A stretch of DNA of 64,000 nt from Eledone cirrhosa (taxonomy: Eukaryota): the NCBI GenBank assembly GCA_964016885.1, contig CAXHJY010000694.1:1-64000 (forward strand), written 5' to 3'. Positions 40,073 through 52,709 of this stretch are shown piece by piece. Each line of letters starts with the position of its first letter. Within the stretch, counting starts at the first letter, position 1. Position numbers and translations under genes: made by a program. Below the pieces are notes generated by a model. That model had not been told where the DNA came from. It ran no database searches and worked only from the letters and a program-made list of their open reading frames with translations.

Positions 40073-40403
40073 TTAATGCCTTTCTACCTGCATCCGCTGT
40101 TGTCTTCCCTCCAACCAATAAAATATTTTCTCTCCTCTCTCCCGACCACCATATTCTATTGTTTATTGCTATCCAACAGCAGCCGTCGTCCGATTATGAA
40201 AGGAGGGGGTATGACTGGTTGACTTTATGGGTGGGGGTTCGGTGTAGTTGGTGGGGGCCTCGGGAGTTGTCTGGGTAGTGTGGGTGGGGCTGTCTGCTTT
40301 TGCTGCATCCTCGACCCTATTTAATTTTTAAACCAGTCAAGCCCATAGCTCTCTCTCTTTTTCTTTCTCTTTTTCTTTCTTTCTCTCTTTCTTTCTCTTT
40401 CTT

Positions 40404-40459
<56 letters not shown>

Positions 40460-41044
40460 TTTCTCTCTCTCTTTCTTTTCTTTCTCTTTCTTTTCTTTCT
40501 CTTTTCTCTCTCTTTCTTTCTCTTTTTCTCTCGTTTCATCTCTCTCTTACTTTCTCTCTCGCTCTACTTCTCAGTTTCTCCTCCACTCTCGCTTCCTCTG
40601 TTTCTCTCACTGTCTTTCAAGCCACCTCAACCGGAGGACTGTTTGTTGTCTTGAGAGTTGTATGGTATGATGATGGTGGTCGGCGTCAACCTCGTCATCA
40701 TCGTGTTGGCAATGATGCGAAATATCGCGAAGCCAACAAATGTAATAAAACAAAACAAGAAACCCACCATCACCACCATTACCCAAATAATAACGCATTA
40801 AAAAATATCTTTGAAATAAAGAAAAATGGGAGGAGAATGTTAAAATATCGACCAATGAAACATCAGCAATATTATGACGCCTTCGATGTTTCTGCATATA
40901 TTATAGATTCTTTTGTAATCTACTATTATTGGTGACGAGGGAGCAACGAAAGTTGAAGTCTCCTTCAAGCTGAGACGCTTCTTAACTCTGGGCTTGTTTA
41001 GTTTTCATTGGTGTTAACCCTTTCGATACTAAACAACCTAAAAC

Positions 41045-41207
41045 CAGACCTGCCAATCTCTAAAAACCCAAACTGGGAGAAATGAGGCAAAATAGGGAGA
41101 CTTTACATAATGAAAGCTATACCCATTTTCACAAGAGAAGACATCTCTCACCTACTCCAAAGTGGATGGGAGGTCTCCCCGTCCGACGGGGAGAGTTGAC
41201 AGATCTG
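41045..41207. mobile_element. Small TIR element (MITE)
   Basis: CAGACCTGCCAA ... TTGACAGATCTG inverted termini; TSD not clean. Confidence 0.55.
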
Positions 41208-41309
41208 CTAGAAACTGCACCCTAGTTCTATGATACATAACTGTATAATTTAAAATGTTTATATTTATCTAAAAACCTTCCATGGATTGGCAGTATTGGT
41301 AGAGACACC

Positions 41310-41470
41310 TGTCACATACAGAGTTACCTCCACTGCTCTTGCTGTTGGTAACTCGTGTTTTCCCCCAGTTGCGTGGAATGGCACAACATGCAATGCAGTG
41401 TCTTGCTTAAGGACACAAATCCGCCGCCCGGCCCGGGAGTCGAATCCACGACTTTGCGATCTTGAGAACA
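41310..41470 (-). mobile_element. SINE family B, diverged
   Basis: Minus: TCGCAAAGTCGTGGATTCGACTCCCGG..GTGTCCTTAAGCAAGACACT. Confidence 0.7.
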
Positions 41471-41591
41471 ATAAATAACCCTACAATCATTAGACTGAGA
41501 ACCTTCACGATGGACAGAACAGTTTACCATATTTGGTTTACTTACATCTTTTAGGTTCTGAGTGCTAACCCCCGACCATGTCATTGTATGT

Positions 41592-41624
<33 letters not shown>

Positions 41625-41957
41625 TCGTCATAGTGGACCTCCGTCGGTTCCGACGAAGAGTATTCCAGTTTGAACTATGGAACAAGCTACTGGTCAAATT
41701 AAACCTCTAAATGGCTGCACCCCCCTCAAACACTTGCACCCTTGACGTATTATTGCTATTATGAATGTTGGTGTTGTTATTTTTGCCATTGTTGATGCTG
41801 ATTTTGTTGTTTTTGTTGCAAATATTGGTGTTGTTGTTGTTGTTATTTCGATTAATCCCTCTAAAAAGATAATCTGCAGTAAACATTTCCGTTATTTAGT
41901 CTCGCGCTCTCTCCCCCACTCTGTTACTACCCCTATCTGCCCCTCTCTATATGTATG

Positions 41958-41988
<31 letters not shown>

Positions 41989-42303
41989 GTATATATATAT
42001 GTGTATATATATATGTGTATATATATATATGTGTATATGTATATGTGTATATATATATGTGTATATATATATGTGTATATATATGTGTATATATATGTGT
42101 ATATATATATATATATGTGTATATATATATGTGTATATATATGTGTATATATATATGTGTATATATGTGTATATATATATATATGTGTATGTATATATGT
42201 GTATGTATATATATATATGTATATATATATGTATGTGTGTATGTGTGTATGTATGTATGTGTGTATGTATGTGTGTATGTATATATGTGTGTATGTATAT
42301 ATG

Positions 42304-42838
42304 TTTTCTCTTTCTCTTAATTTCGAGTATATTTTTTGACCGGCCACCTTCCTGGTGGCAAGGTTGTAAAAGAAAAGAAATTGTCATCCCTTGAATCGCA
42401 AGAATGTTTTGCAAATTTTGAAGGTGCCAGCTATCGCAGCCATTTGTAGACTATGAATTAGGGAGCTGCGCTTTTTGTCCGCAAATCCAAGTTATACTTT
42501 GGTCCAAGCGGGTTGGTATATAACCCGTAGCACCAATAATGATGGGTATGAAGCTAAAGGTGTATCTTGGATACTGGATTTGTAAACTCCTCATCAATGG
42601 TCCGTAGATGTCCTCCTTCTCCTGTATTTTTCTGACAACATTTACCTCAAGTGGGCAGCTGATCTCCACAACAGAACACGTTTTCAATGTGTGGTCCCAA
42701 ACTACAATATCAGGCCGGTTGTGCTTTAATTTGGTGGCAGTTTTTATTTCCAGGTTCCACCAGTATTCCTTAGTGCCATCTGTCTCAATATATTCTTCCT
42801 CGTTTGTTGTTAATTTTGTTTTCCGAAGTGCGTTCCAT
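42304..42838 (-). mobile_element. Dong/R4-like non-LTR retrotransposon 3' fragment (REL endonuclease) within TA/TATG microsatellite
   Basis: [21 protein letters not shown]...VVEISCP...EKEDIY..L...IPIIIGATG; after a frameshift [21 protein letters not shown] (stop 42384-86); short 3' UTR. Confidence 0.85.
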
Positions 42839-42963
42839 GTATGTATGTATATATGTATGTATGTATATATGTATGTATGTATATATGTATGTATGTATAT
42901 ATGTATGTATGTATATATGTATGTATGTATATATATGTATATATGTATGTATATATATATATG

Positions 42964-42994
<31 letters not shown>

Positions 42995-43361
42995 GTATGT
43001 ATGTATATGTATGTATGTATATGTATGTATGTATATGTATGTATGTATGTATATATATGTATGTATGGGTGTATATATACATTTGTATGTATGTATGTGT
43101 ATATATGCATGTATGAATATATATGTATATACATGTGTGTATATATGTATGTGTATGTATTATGAATATGTGTGTATATATGTATATACATATGTGTATA
43201 TATGTATGTGTATATATATATGTATGTATGAATATATGTGTGTATATATGTATATACATATGTGTATATATGTATGTGTATATATATATGTATGTATGAA
43301 TATATGTGTATATATGTATGTATGAATATATGTGTGTATATATGTATATACATACGTGTAT

Positions 43362-43401
<40 letters not shown>

Positions 43402-43506
43402 ATATATATATATATATGTGTGTGTGTATATATATATATGTGTGTGTGTATATATGTATATACATATGTGTATATATGTATGTGTATATATATATGTATG
43501 TATGAA

Positions 43507-43553
<47 letters not shown>

Positions 43554-43752
43554 ATATATGTATATACATATGTGTATATATGTATGTGTATATATATATA
43601 TGTATGTGTATATATATATGTATGTGTATATATATATATGTAGGTGTGTATGTGTATATATATATATATGTGTATGTGTATATATATATATATGTGTGTG
43701 TATGTGTATATATATATATGTGTGTGTGTATGTGTATATATATATATATATA

Positions 43753-43819
<67 letters not shown>

Positions 43820-44194
43820 ATATATATATATATAGTGCCAGTTAAGTGTTTGATGTAAACTGCAGGTTGGTATCTAGTTGTGGAGTTTTACAAATTCCAC
43901 TTCAATGATATCACTGGCAACACACACATTCCCTTTCTATGTATATACTAATATATATGTATATACTAATATATATATATATACTAATATATATATACAT
44001 ATGTATGTACACACACACACTCACATACACATATCGACATGTAAACATGTCAGATATTGTATTTCCCTGTAAATTGGAAAAAATGATAAACTCCATTAAC
44101 CAGTTTTCGAACTTAGTTGGTATTTCATCAAAAAGACATGTATACCATGTAAACAGTCACAAGTACGTAATGCAGAGGCTTATATATATATATA

Positions 44195-45077
44195 CTAGCA
44201 ATGGTACCCGGCGTTTCACGGGATAAGGTATTTTGGAACGCGAGCTGCCAACAGACCTAATCGTGGAAAAACTGCATGCGTGGACAATATGTAAAGAAAA
44301 TAAACCGAATACTCTGATGGCTGGATAATCTTTAAGATTTTCTTCGATGAAGCAGGAGAAATGCAGGTTTTCACCTAATGCGGGCCCTAAGGGGATCAAG
44401 AAAATGAATTTTTTTATGTGCCTAATAAGCCTTGAAATTTCGGGAACATCGGCTGGACGTAACGCCTCAAAAAAGCCCCCAAAAGCTGAAAAAATGAAGT
44501 TTTTCACCTAATGCGGGCCCTAGGCCATAAAATAGTTGCATTTTCTTTGCTCACGGTATAAAGAAGAGACTGACTAATACATAGTTACTATTTCAAGGAA
44601 ATCAGTCTGACGTAACGACTCAAAAAACCCCCTAAAATCCTGAAAAAACGCAGTTTTTAACTAAGGATCAAAAAGTTGAATTTTTTATGTGCATAACATT
44701 CCCTGAAACATAAGTAATACACATATAAAGTTTGAAAAAAGTTGGTTGAGTACTTCTCGAGTTTTAGGGATTCAATCTCAGACAGACATCCTCAGGGAAG
44801 TGACGTAATGCATACAGAGAGATATTATAAGGGCGCCACGTTATAAGTATGTATCTATCTAAAAAGAGAAAGACTAAGAATTATAGAGAGAGATCGCTAA
44901 ATCGCCTAATGCGGTCCCTATGGCATTGAATATTTGAAATTGTTTTTGCTCAGAACACTCCCTGAAACATAAGTATCACATGTGTAAAGTTTGAAAACAG
45001 TCGGTTGGGTGGTTCTTGAGTTTTAGGGACTCAAACTCACACACACAGACAGATATCCTCAGTTTTATATAAATAGA
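44195..45077 (-). mobile_element. Non-autonomous Helitron
   Basis: Minus strand starts TC-TATTTATATAAAA and ends with hairpin CCCG-TGAAACGC-CGGG then CTAG; inserted between A and T. Confidence 0.85.
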
Positions 45078-45314
45078 TTGGGCCGTCAAATATGAAATTT
45101 GTAGAATTTTTCTTTTTTTTCAACAAATATCTACAAATTTAATCCTTGACGATCCAATATTTCTTATAGTAGTATACTGAAATGGACGGACTAATTTACA
45201 TATTATTTGTGCTTATGGCTGCCATAGTAATTTTCTGCATATCTGTCAGTGTGGCTATGTTTGCTGGCATATTTAGTATTTGTAATATGTCAACTCGGTA
45301 GTTAAAGTCTAAAG

Positions 45315-45608
45315 CAGGGCCGCATTTAATGGGGGCAATTACCCCCGGAGTCCTGCAATGGGGGGGGGGCTCCACAAACGACAGCTGTAACAATTTATTT
45401 GTGGCCTCAGCTGGGCTTTTTAGGATGGTTAGAATTTTTGAATTTAACGCCTGTATGTATAACCTTTTAATTCCAATTACTTACGCCAAGCTAACTTTGA
45501 TATGTAAAATTGGTGGGGCGGGTTTGCTGTTTATTCTATTTTTTGTGTATGAGGGGGTCACCCAAACCTGAAGTGCCCAGGGTTTCCCAAGGTCTAAATC
45601 CAACCCTG
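45315..45608 (+). mobile_element. hAT-type MITE (294 bp)
   Basis: TIRs CAGGGCCGCATTTA / TAAATCCAACCCTG; 8-bp TSD GTCTAAAG / GTCTAGAG. Confidence 0.85.
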
Positions 45609-45753
45609 GTCTAGAGTCTCTCGAGCTCGGAGGCTCATCGGGCCGGTACTCATCTTCCAGTTTCTGTTGCGTGAAGCGATTGTGTAAAACTTCCTCTCCT
45701 GTTTAGGACGCAAGATCAATCGCAGCTGAGTATACTGGAGTAAACTAGTGTGA

Positions 45754-45930
45754 AGGCGCATGGCTTAGTGGTTAGAGCATTGGGCTTGCAATGGAAAGGT
45801 TGTGAGTTCAATTCTCAGACCAGGTGATGAGTTCAATTCTCAGACCAGGTGATATGTTGTTTCCTTGAGCAAGACACTTTATTTCACGTTGCTCCAGTTT
45901 ACTCAGATGTAGAAATGAGATGACACGACT
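45754..45930 (+). mobile_element. SINE family B with a duplicated B-box segment
   Basis: GGCGCATGGCTTAGTGGTTAGAG; GAGTTCAATTCTCAGACCAGGTGAT x2; CCTTGAGCAAGACACTT. Confidence 0.85.
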
Positions 45931-46035
45931 GGGGTCCCTATCATTAACTTACCCAAGACACCTCCGACGAGATATACCTTGGAGGAGGCCAGCTAAACCT
46001 GCATAGGTGTGAGCTGTCACACACACACACACACA

Positions 46036-46152
46036 TACTGGAGCAACGTGAAATGAAATGTTTTGCTCAAGAACACAACACACAACCTTGTCCAGGAATC
46101 GATTCCACTACATTATGATCGTATGTTCAACATCCTTAACACTGGATCACTC
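46036..46152 (-). mobile_element. SINE family B 5' half
   Basis: Minus: GTGTTCTTGAGCAAAACATTTCATTTCACGTTGCTCCAG. Confidence 0.75.
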
Positions 46153-46156
46153 AGAC

Positions 46157-46250
46157 CGCCGAAAATATATACACACTTTGATTACCTGTACAGGCAATAT
46201 GTATCAGAATGCTGTTGAAGTGTGTATACATTTTTTGGGATATACTGTAT
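46157..46250. mobile_element. Tc1/mariner-type MITE copy, diverged
   Basis: GAATGCTGTTGAAGTGTGTATACATTTTTTGGGA interior as at 9723. Confidence 0.65.
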
Positions 46251-46489
46251 ATTAAATTGTGGGCTAAACAGCCAAAGGGGACGATGAAGTTATATCTATA
46301 TATACACAATATCGAGGTAAACGAGACGGCATCAGATGCGTATCAATAATTTGCACATTTTTAATTAATAGACATGTAAACATGCTAAATATAAGTTTGT
46401 ATCTCTGTGTTAGTGTAAGCGGATGTCTCTTTCTCTTTCTTTCTCTCTCCCTCTCTCTTTCTCTCTCCCTCTCTCTTTCTCTCTCCCTC

Positions 46490-46524
<35 letters not shown>

Positions 46525-47528
46525 CTTTTTCTTTCTCTTTCTCTCTCTTTCTCTTTCTTTCTCTCTCTTCTCTCTCTTTCTCTCTTTCTCTCTTTCTCTC
46601 TTTCTCTCTTTCTTTCTTTCTCTCTTTCTTTCTTGCTCTCATTTAATTTTCTGTTTCATTCATCTTCCGATGAAAGACTAATGTCCAAAACGTTAATACG
46701 TTTTTCGTATTACACCATGTTTCTATATAATTTTATATTTATCACCACCATCGTCTCCACCATTTCCATCACCACCATCACCACCATTACCACTACCACC
46801 AACAACTCCATCACCACCAATATCAACATCATCACTACCATTACACTACCTCTACCACCACCACTACTACCAACACCTACCACCACTACTACCAACACCT
46901 ACCACCACTACTACCAACACCTACCACCACTACTACCAACACCTACCACCACTACTACCAACACCTACCACCACTACTACCAACACCTACCACCACTACT
47001 ACCAACACCCACTAACACCACCACCACTACTACCAACACCCACTAACACCACCACCACTACCATCGCCACCTCCACTACTGCCACTGCCACCACCACTAC
47101 CACTGCTACGACGGTCAACATGGTAAGAGGAGGTGGGTCTGTGACAAGAGAGAAAGTTCCAGTAAAAGTTCTACCAATGTCTCTAATAAGTAGCTTCACG
47201 GTCAAAGACCAACATGAATGACCTCCCTTCATTGACCTCTTTCCTTCTCTCTCAAACTGTCAAATGGACCGGAATAACGGTCATTGAACACACACGCACA
47301 CACACACACACGACCATGTGCATATACACACATACTGGCACACGTATGAACTAACATCCACATACATACACTCAATTATATATATATTTCTCTCTCTCTC
47401 TCTCTCTCTTTCTGTTTCTCTTTCTGTCTCTCTCTCTCTTTCCCTCCCTCTCTCTCTCTTTCCCTCCCTCTCTCTCTTTCCCTCTCTCTCTTTCCCTCTC
47501 TCTCTTTCCCTCTCTCTCTTTCCCTCTC

Positions 47529-47591
<63 letters not shown>

Positions 47592-47662
47592 CTCCCTCCT
47601 TCTCTCTATCACTCTCCCTCCTTCTCTCTATCACTCTCCCTCCTTCTCTCTATCACTCTCTC

Positions 47663-47708
<46 letters not shown>

Positions 47709-48440
47709 TCTCTGTCTCTCTCTCTGTCTCTCTCTCTGTCTCTCTCTCTGTCTCTCTCTCTGTCTCTCTCTCTGTCTCTCTGTCTCTCTCCCTCTCTCTC
47801 TCTGTCTCTCTCCCTCTTTCTCTCTGTCTCTCTCCCTCTCCCCCTCTCTCTCTCTCCCTCTCCCTCTCTCTCTCTGTCTCTCTCTCCCTCCCCTCTCTCC
47901 CTCCCTCCCACACACATCCGTACGTACATGTGTGCAGGCATACACACATACACACATACATATACAGCAACAACAGTAAGCGACTATATAACTATAATCA
48001 TAGCAAACGAACCAGTGAATCAATTTATTAAAGTCAAAGAAACTCTTGAAATTATTGAGGCAGAACGAAGGTAGAAATAATTGTGGCGTTTAATGGGTGT
48101 TTAGGAAGCGGTAACACAGCCTCTCTCTTTGGACTCACTCCCCGGAGAGTCGTCCCAGCACGGAAAAATAGTTTAAAATATAAACATTACCAACAACAAT
48201 AGTAACAATAACAGCACCGTAGACTAATATAATAATTTAAATATTAAAAAAAACTAACAACAACAACAACAACAACAAGAGCTACACAGAAATAGAAACA
48301 TTTAAAACAGCAGCAGCAATAGTAGTAACAGCACTAGCAACATCAACATCAGCAACAACAACATGGTAGCGTAATTTAATAGCTTAAAAACAAAAACCGA
48401 TGGAAAATTAACACAAACAACTGCCAGTAATTTAAATTAA

Positions 48441-48768
48441 AGATAATGATTTCTACGATAGGCACAAGGCCAGCAATTTGAGGGGAGGGAAAAGTCGATT
48501 AAATCGACCCCAGTGTGTGACTGGTACTTTATTTTATCGACCCCGTGAGGATGAAAGGCATAGTTAATCTCGGCGGGATTTGAACTCGGAACATAAAGGG
48601 CCGTAACTCTAAGCTGCAAAGCATGGCGTCCGACTCTCTACCGATACTGCCAATCCACCAAAGAGAATAATTGTTTCTACTTTTGGCACAAGGCCAGCAA
48701 TTACCCAATGCATTATTGGTACTTTATTCTATTGACCTCGGAAGGATGAAAGGCAAAGTTAACCTCGA
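48441..48768 (-). mobile_element. SINE family A, one full and one partial copy
   Basis: Reverse complement of consensus. Confidence 0.9.
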
Positions 48769-49299
48769 ATAATAGTAATGCAAAAATAAGTTTCTGTTTT
48801 AGTGTGTTTGTGTAAAGAGAGTTTGCGCAATGGCGGTGATGAGAGAGTGAAAATGTGATTCGTCGTGTTGAAACCGATGTTAAAAGCACGTGCAAAATGA
48901 AATCTGTTTAAGTGGTAGAAATATAGTGAAGGAAGCGAGCGGCGTGGAGTTAGGTAGGTAGGTAGCTAGAGAGTGTGGGGGTCTTTCACACTAAACACGG
49001 TCATGACATTTAGTTCCGGCTCGGTCACCTCTGCTGTAATCTCTAAACATTTAACTCTGGCCCATTCAACTCAGCTGCAGTCATCTCTAAACATGTTTGG
49101 TGCGACAAAGTTTCAATTCTTACTTGCAGCTCTTTACTGTTCTCTCTTCACAAGAGAGCTAGCCTTACGCTATCCCTCTTGTGTTCTCGAGTATACTATG
49201 AAAGTCATGGAATCTATATCAGGGGGAACATTTGGTGTGGCATGTCTCCAAACCACCTCAATTTTTGCTGTGAAAGTGGCGGGGGTCAGCCATCTACAA

Positions 49300-49680
49300 G
49301 AATGAGCACCTCTGAGATGGATTAGCGTCTTATCTAACCCATAATAGTGGGGACAATCTCGTGCGCTTGGTAGCCGAACCACTTTCCTTGTTACTAATCA
49401 ACGGGGTGGTGTTGGTCGCCCATAAGGACAAGCATCCCCGAGATGGATTAGCTCCTTGTCTAACCCATAATAGTGGGGAAAATCTCGTGCGCTGGGTACC
49501 CGAACCACTTCCCTAGTTACTAGTCATCGGAGTGGTGTTGGTCGCCCACAGGAACAAGCACCCCTGAGGTGAATTAATTTGTCGAAACCGTGGTGGTGGA
49601 AAAATCTCACACCCTGGATCCCCGACTCCCTTCTTATTTACTGCAACAGGGTTGGTGTTGGCTACCCACAAGAATAATCT
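49300..49680. repeat. Three diverged ~126-bp tandem units
   Basis: GAGATGGATTAG at 49314 and 49440; GGTGTTGG(T/C)..CCCA in all three. Confidence 0.8.
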
Positions 49681-49941
49681 CCAAGTTGTATTGACACCTT
49701 CACAGTATCTCCCACACTTTCCTTTGTGGTAACATCTTTTCAATTCTTTCTGCTGGTTCCATGAGGCACAGGGTGCCTGAAACATATTTCCTTACTACGA
49801 TTCATAAGGTAACTGTCAATTATTAACTAAATAGTGATGACCTGTTATTGATTACTGCTTTTTTTTTATTCTGCTGACCTAAGTTTGAGACTTGTTCTTG
49901 AATAATTTGGGTCCCCTGAGTTTAATAATGACACTTTTTTT

Positions 49942-50219
49942 CTATCATGTTGTGACGTGGCGGCGCTGTTAAAAGTGATGGGTGCTCTACAGTATGATCC
50001 TCATGAATGGTAACTCTTTATAGATAGTTCAAAGAAGAGTCTAAAATATCTATTGCTCCATAATGGAAACTTTTTAGCTGCAATTCCTATTGGTCACTCT
50101 GTGCACTTAAGAGAAACATAAAACCTGTATTAGATTTACTTAAGTATGGTGAACACAAGTAGGACATATATGTGGATCTGAAAATGGTAAATCTTTTACT
50201 TAGCCAAAAAGGAGGGTTT
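49942..50219 (+). pseudogene. Chapaev(3)-like DNA transposase relic
   Basis: CCDVAALLKVMGALQYDPHEW*LFIDSSKKSLKYLLLHNGN..AIPIGHSVHLRET*..LDLLKYGEHK*DIYVDLKMVNLLLSQKGG; motif recognised from memory of CMC-Chapaev-3 transposases; stops and a frameshift. Confidence 0.75.
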
Positions 50220-51044
50220 CTGTAGACATTCAGAGTATTCTTCAGAATTGACTTTATAAATTTCTATCAGGAACGAAAAGTCTAAAGTCTGTCTCAAGCG
50301 CTGAGGCTTATTAGGCTGGTGTTAACCCGAGTGTCCTTGGCGTTGATTCAGAGTGCAATCTTCCTCGAGGACAGGACGCCAGTCTATCGTAGGGTTAAAC
50401 TCTCTCAAACTCGGAGGCCCATTAGTCCGGTGCTTATCGCAGTTCCCTTGCCGGTAAGTGATTCAAAGTACAAGAGATCCTCCGGTACAGGACGCCAGTC
50501 CATCGCAGGATTAAAAGTCTGTCCCAATCTTTAATGTTCATTAGGCTGATGCTTTTCCCAGTATCTTTGATGTTAAGCGTCTAAAAGTACAAGATTTCCT
50601 CCTGGACCGAACGCCAGTCCATGGCAGGGTTAAACACCCATCTACAGCAGAGTATACAGTTTGAAATGAAATATCTGTTGGATACAACAAATAACTACCA
50701 GTGTTTCTTCCGGAATGTACTGTGACATATTGTTACTCTACAAATGTTTTGCTTTTCTTTGACTTAGTCATAGGTAGTACACTATACACTTTATATATAA
50801 AATAAAGAGGTACAGAGGTGGAGTCTTCATAGCGGCTGCTAACCACTTATAGCAGCATTTTACTCGATTTTCTAAGCTGTTATTTATAGAAATTGACTGT
50901 GGTTTCAGTTATTTTCTGCGTTTGAGATTTCTACATTTTCTAAGAATATACACACACACATATATGCATGTATATATATATATATATGTTGATTTAAAAC
51001 TGCACTATTCACAAGTGTTTTTTTACCTTCATATCATGTCTCCC

Positions 51045-51115
51045 TATTTTATCTGACGAAAACGCAAATGTCATCGCATGATGATATTTGTTTTTGAAAT
51101 GCCCATAATAAAATA
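51045..51115 (+). ncRNA. Minimal type-I hammerhead ribozyme, canonical core
   Basis: Stem I TATTTTAT/ATAAAATA (8/8), CTGACGA 51053-59, 16-bp stem II (15 pairs incl. 2 GU) with GCAT loop, GAAA 51096-99, stem III T-GCCC-A, AUA triplet ending 51107. Confidence 0.8.
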
Positions 51116-51148
51116 CATGGAACTCTTTTAACTATCTTTTGATCTTAT

Positions 51149-51322
51149 CGGCAGAGGGTCGGATGTCATGCTTTGACGTATAGAGTTACGGCCCTTGCCA
51201 TTCTGAGTTCAAATCCCGCCGAGGTTAACTTTGCCTTTCATCCTTACGGGGTCGATAAAATAAAGTACCAGTAATGCTCTGGGTAATTGCTGGCCATGTG
51301 CCAAACGTAGAAACAATTATTT
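51149..51322 (+). mobile_element. SINE family A (short-3' variant)
   Basis: B box, central domain, CTGGGTAATTGCTGGCC 3' end. Confidence 0.9.
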
Positions 51323-51404
51323 ATACTCCAATCCTACAAACTGTAGAGTGCTACTTATCCGATATCTGCATTGCTCTATTGTACTACAATAAAACTCACC
51401 TCCT

Positions 51405-51470
<66 letters not shown>

Positions 51471-51904
51471 ATATATATGCATGTGTGGTGTGTGTATATG
51501 TAATTACTTCTACAGGCCTAGAACTGTTTCAATTTGTTTGAAATCATGAAATATTACACATAAGTAAATTATTAGGTAATACGTTGTTTTATATAATATA
51601 TATCCAAGTAAACCTTTGCATTTACAATAACGCATATGACACACACATTTCTATGTATATATACCTGCACACATGCACATATGCATACGTATACATTTGT
51701 ACACATACGTGCACAAGTACGCACTATGCATGCATACTTATACAGGCTTTCACATGTACGTGTGTGTATATATATATATATACGCACATACATACACACA
51801 CACACACACACATATACAGAAATAGAGATGCATACATATATACACACACACAAGCATTTTCTCTCACACAGACACCATCACATATTCATACACCTACCTT
51901 CACC

Positions 51905-51947
<43 letters not shown>

Positions 51948-52518
51948 ACGCACACGCACTATGTGAAAGTGTGTGAGTGCACCAAACCGTTTTTGCACAT
52001 TAATCCCTAGAGACGGCACTAAGGAAACAACCCTATGTGACCCGACTTTGCTACACACAACCCAACTTTGAACTCCCCCCTATACTTCTGTGGGTGGATT
52101 TTATTTTTTTCCCCCTTTTTCTGATACGTTTGTACCAGCAATAGTTTCTACTGCTGCTGTTGTTGTTGTTGTTGTTGTTGTTATTGGTGGATGTGTGTAT
52201 AGTGAGGGTGAGGGTGAGGTGGATATTTTAAATTTTTTTTGATTTTGTGTTTGGGTGTTTGTGTTTTTTTTTTTTTGTTTTTTTTTTTTACTTTTAACAG
52301 TAAAGTTACTTCAAGCTAACCGAACAAGTCTTGGCAACCCCCAGATTTCAGTGAGAAATAATAGAAATAATAATAATATCAATAAAATAAAACAATGATA
52401 ATGGTGATAAGGAAGTGAAGTGAAAAAAAAAAATATATATATATATATGTATGTGTGTGTGTATATGTATATATATATTTTTTTTCTTTGAAATTTAATG
52501 TTTAAAAATAATACAATG

Positions 52519-52560
<42 letters not shown>

Positions 52561-52575
52561 GTGTGTGTGTGTGTA

Positions 52576-52618
<43 letters not shown>

Positions 52619-52619
52619 A

Positions 52620-52650
<31 letters not shown>

Positions 52651-52709
52651 TTATATTATGGTTTTTTTTTTAATATCACTGATGGATATTCATGGCGGTT
52701 GTTGTTAAG

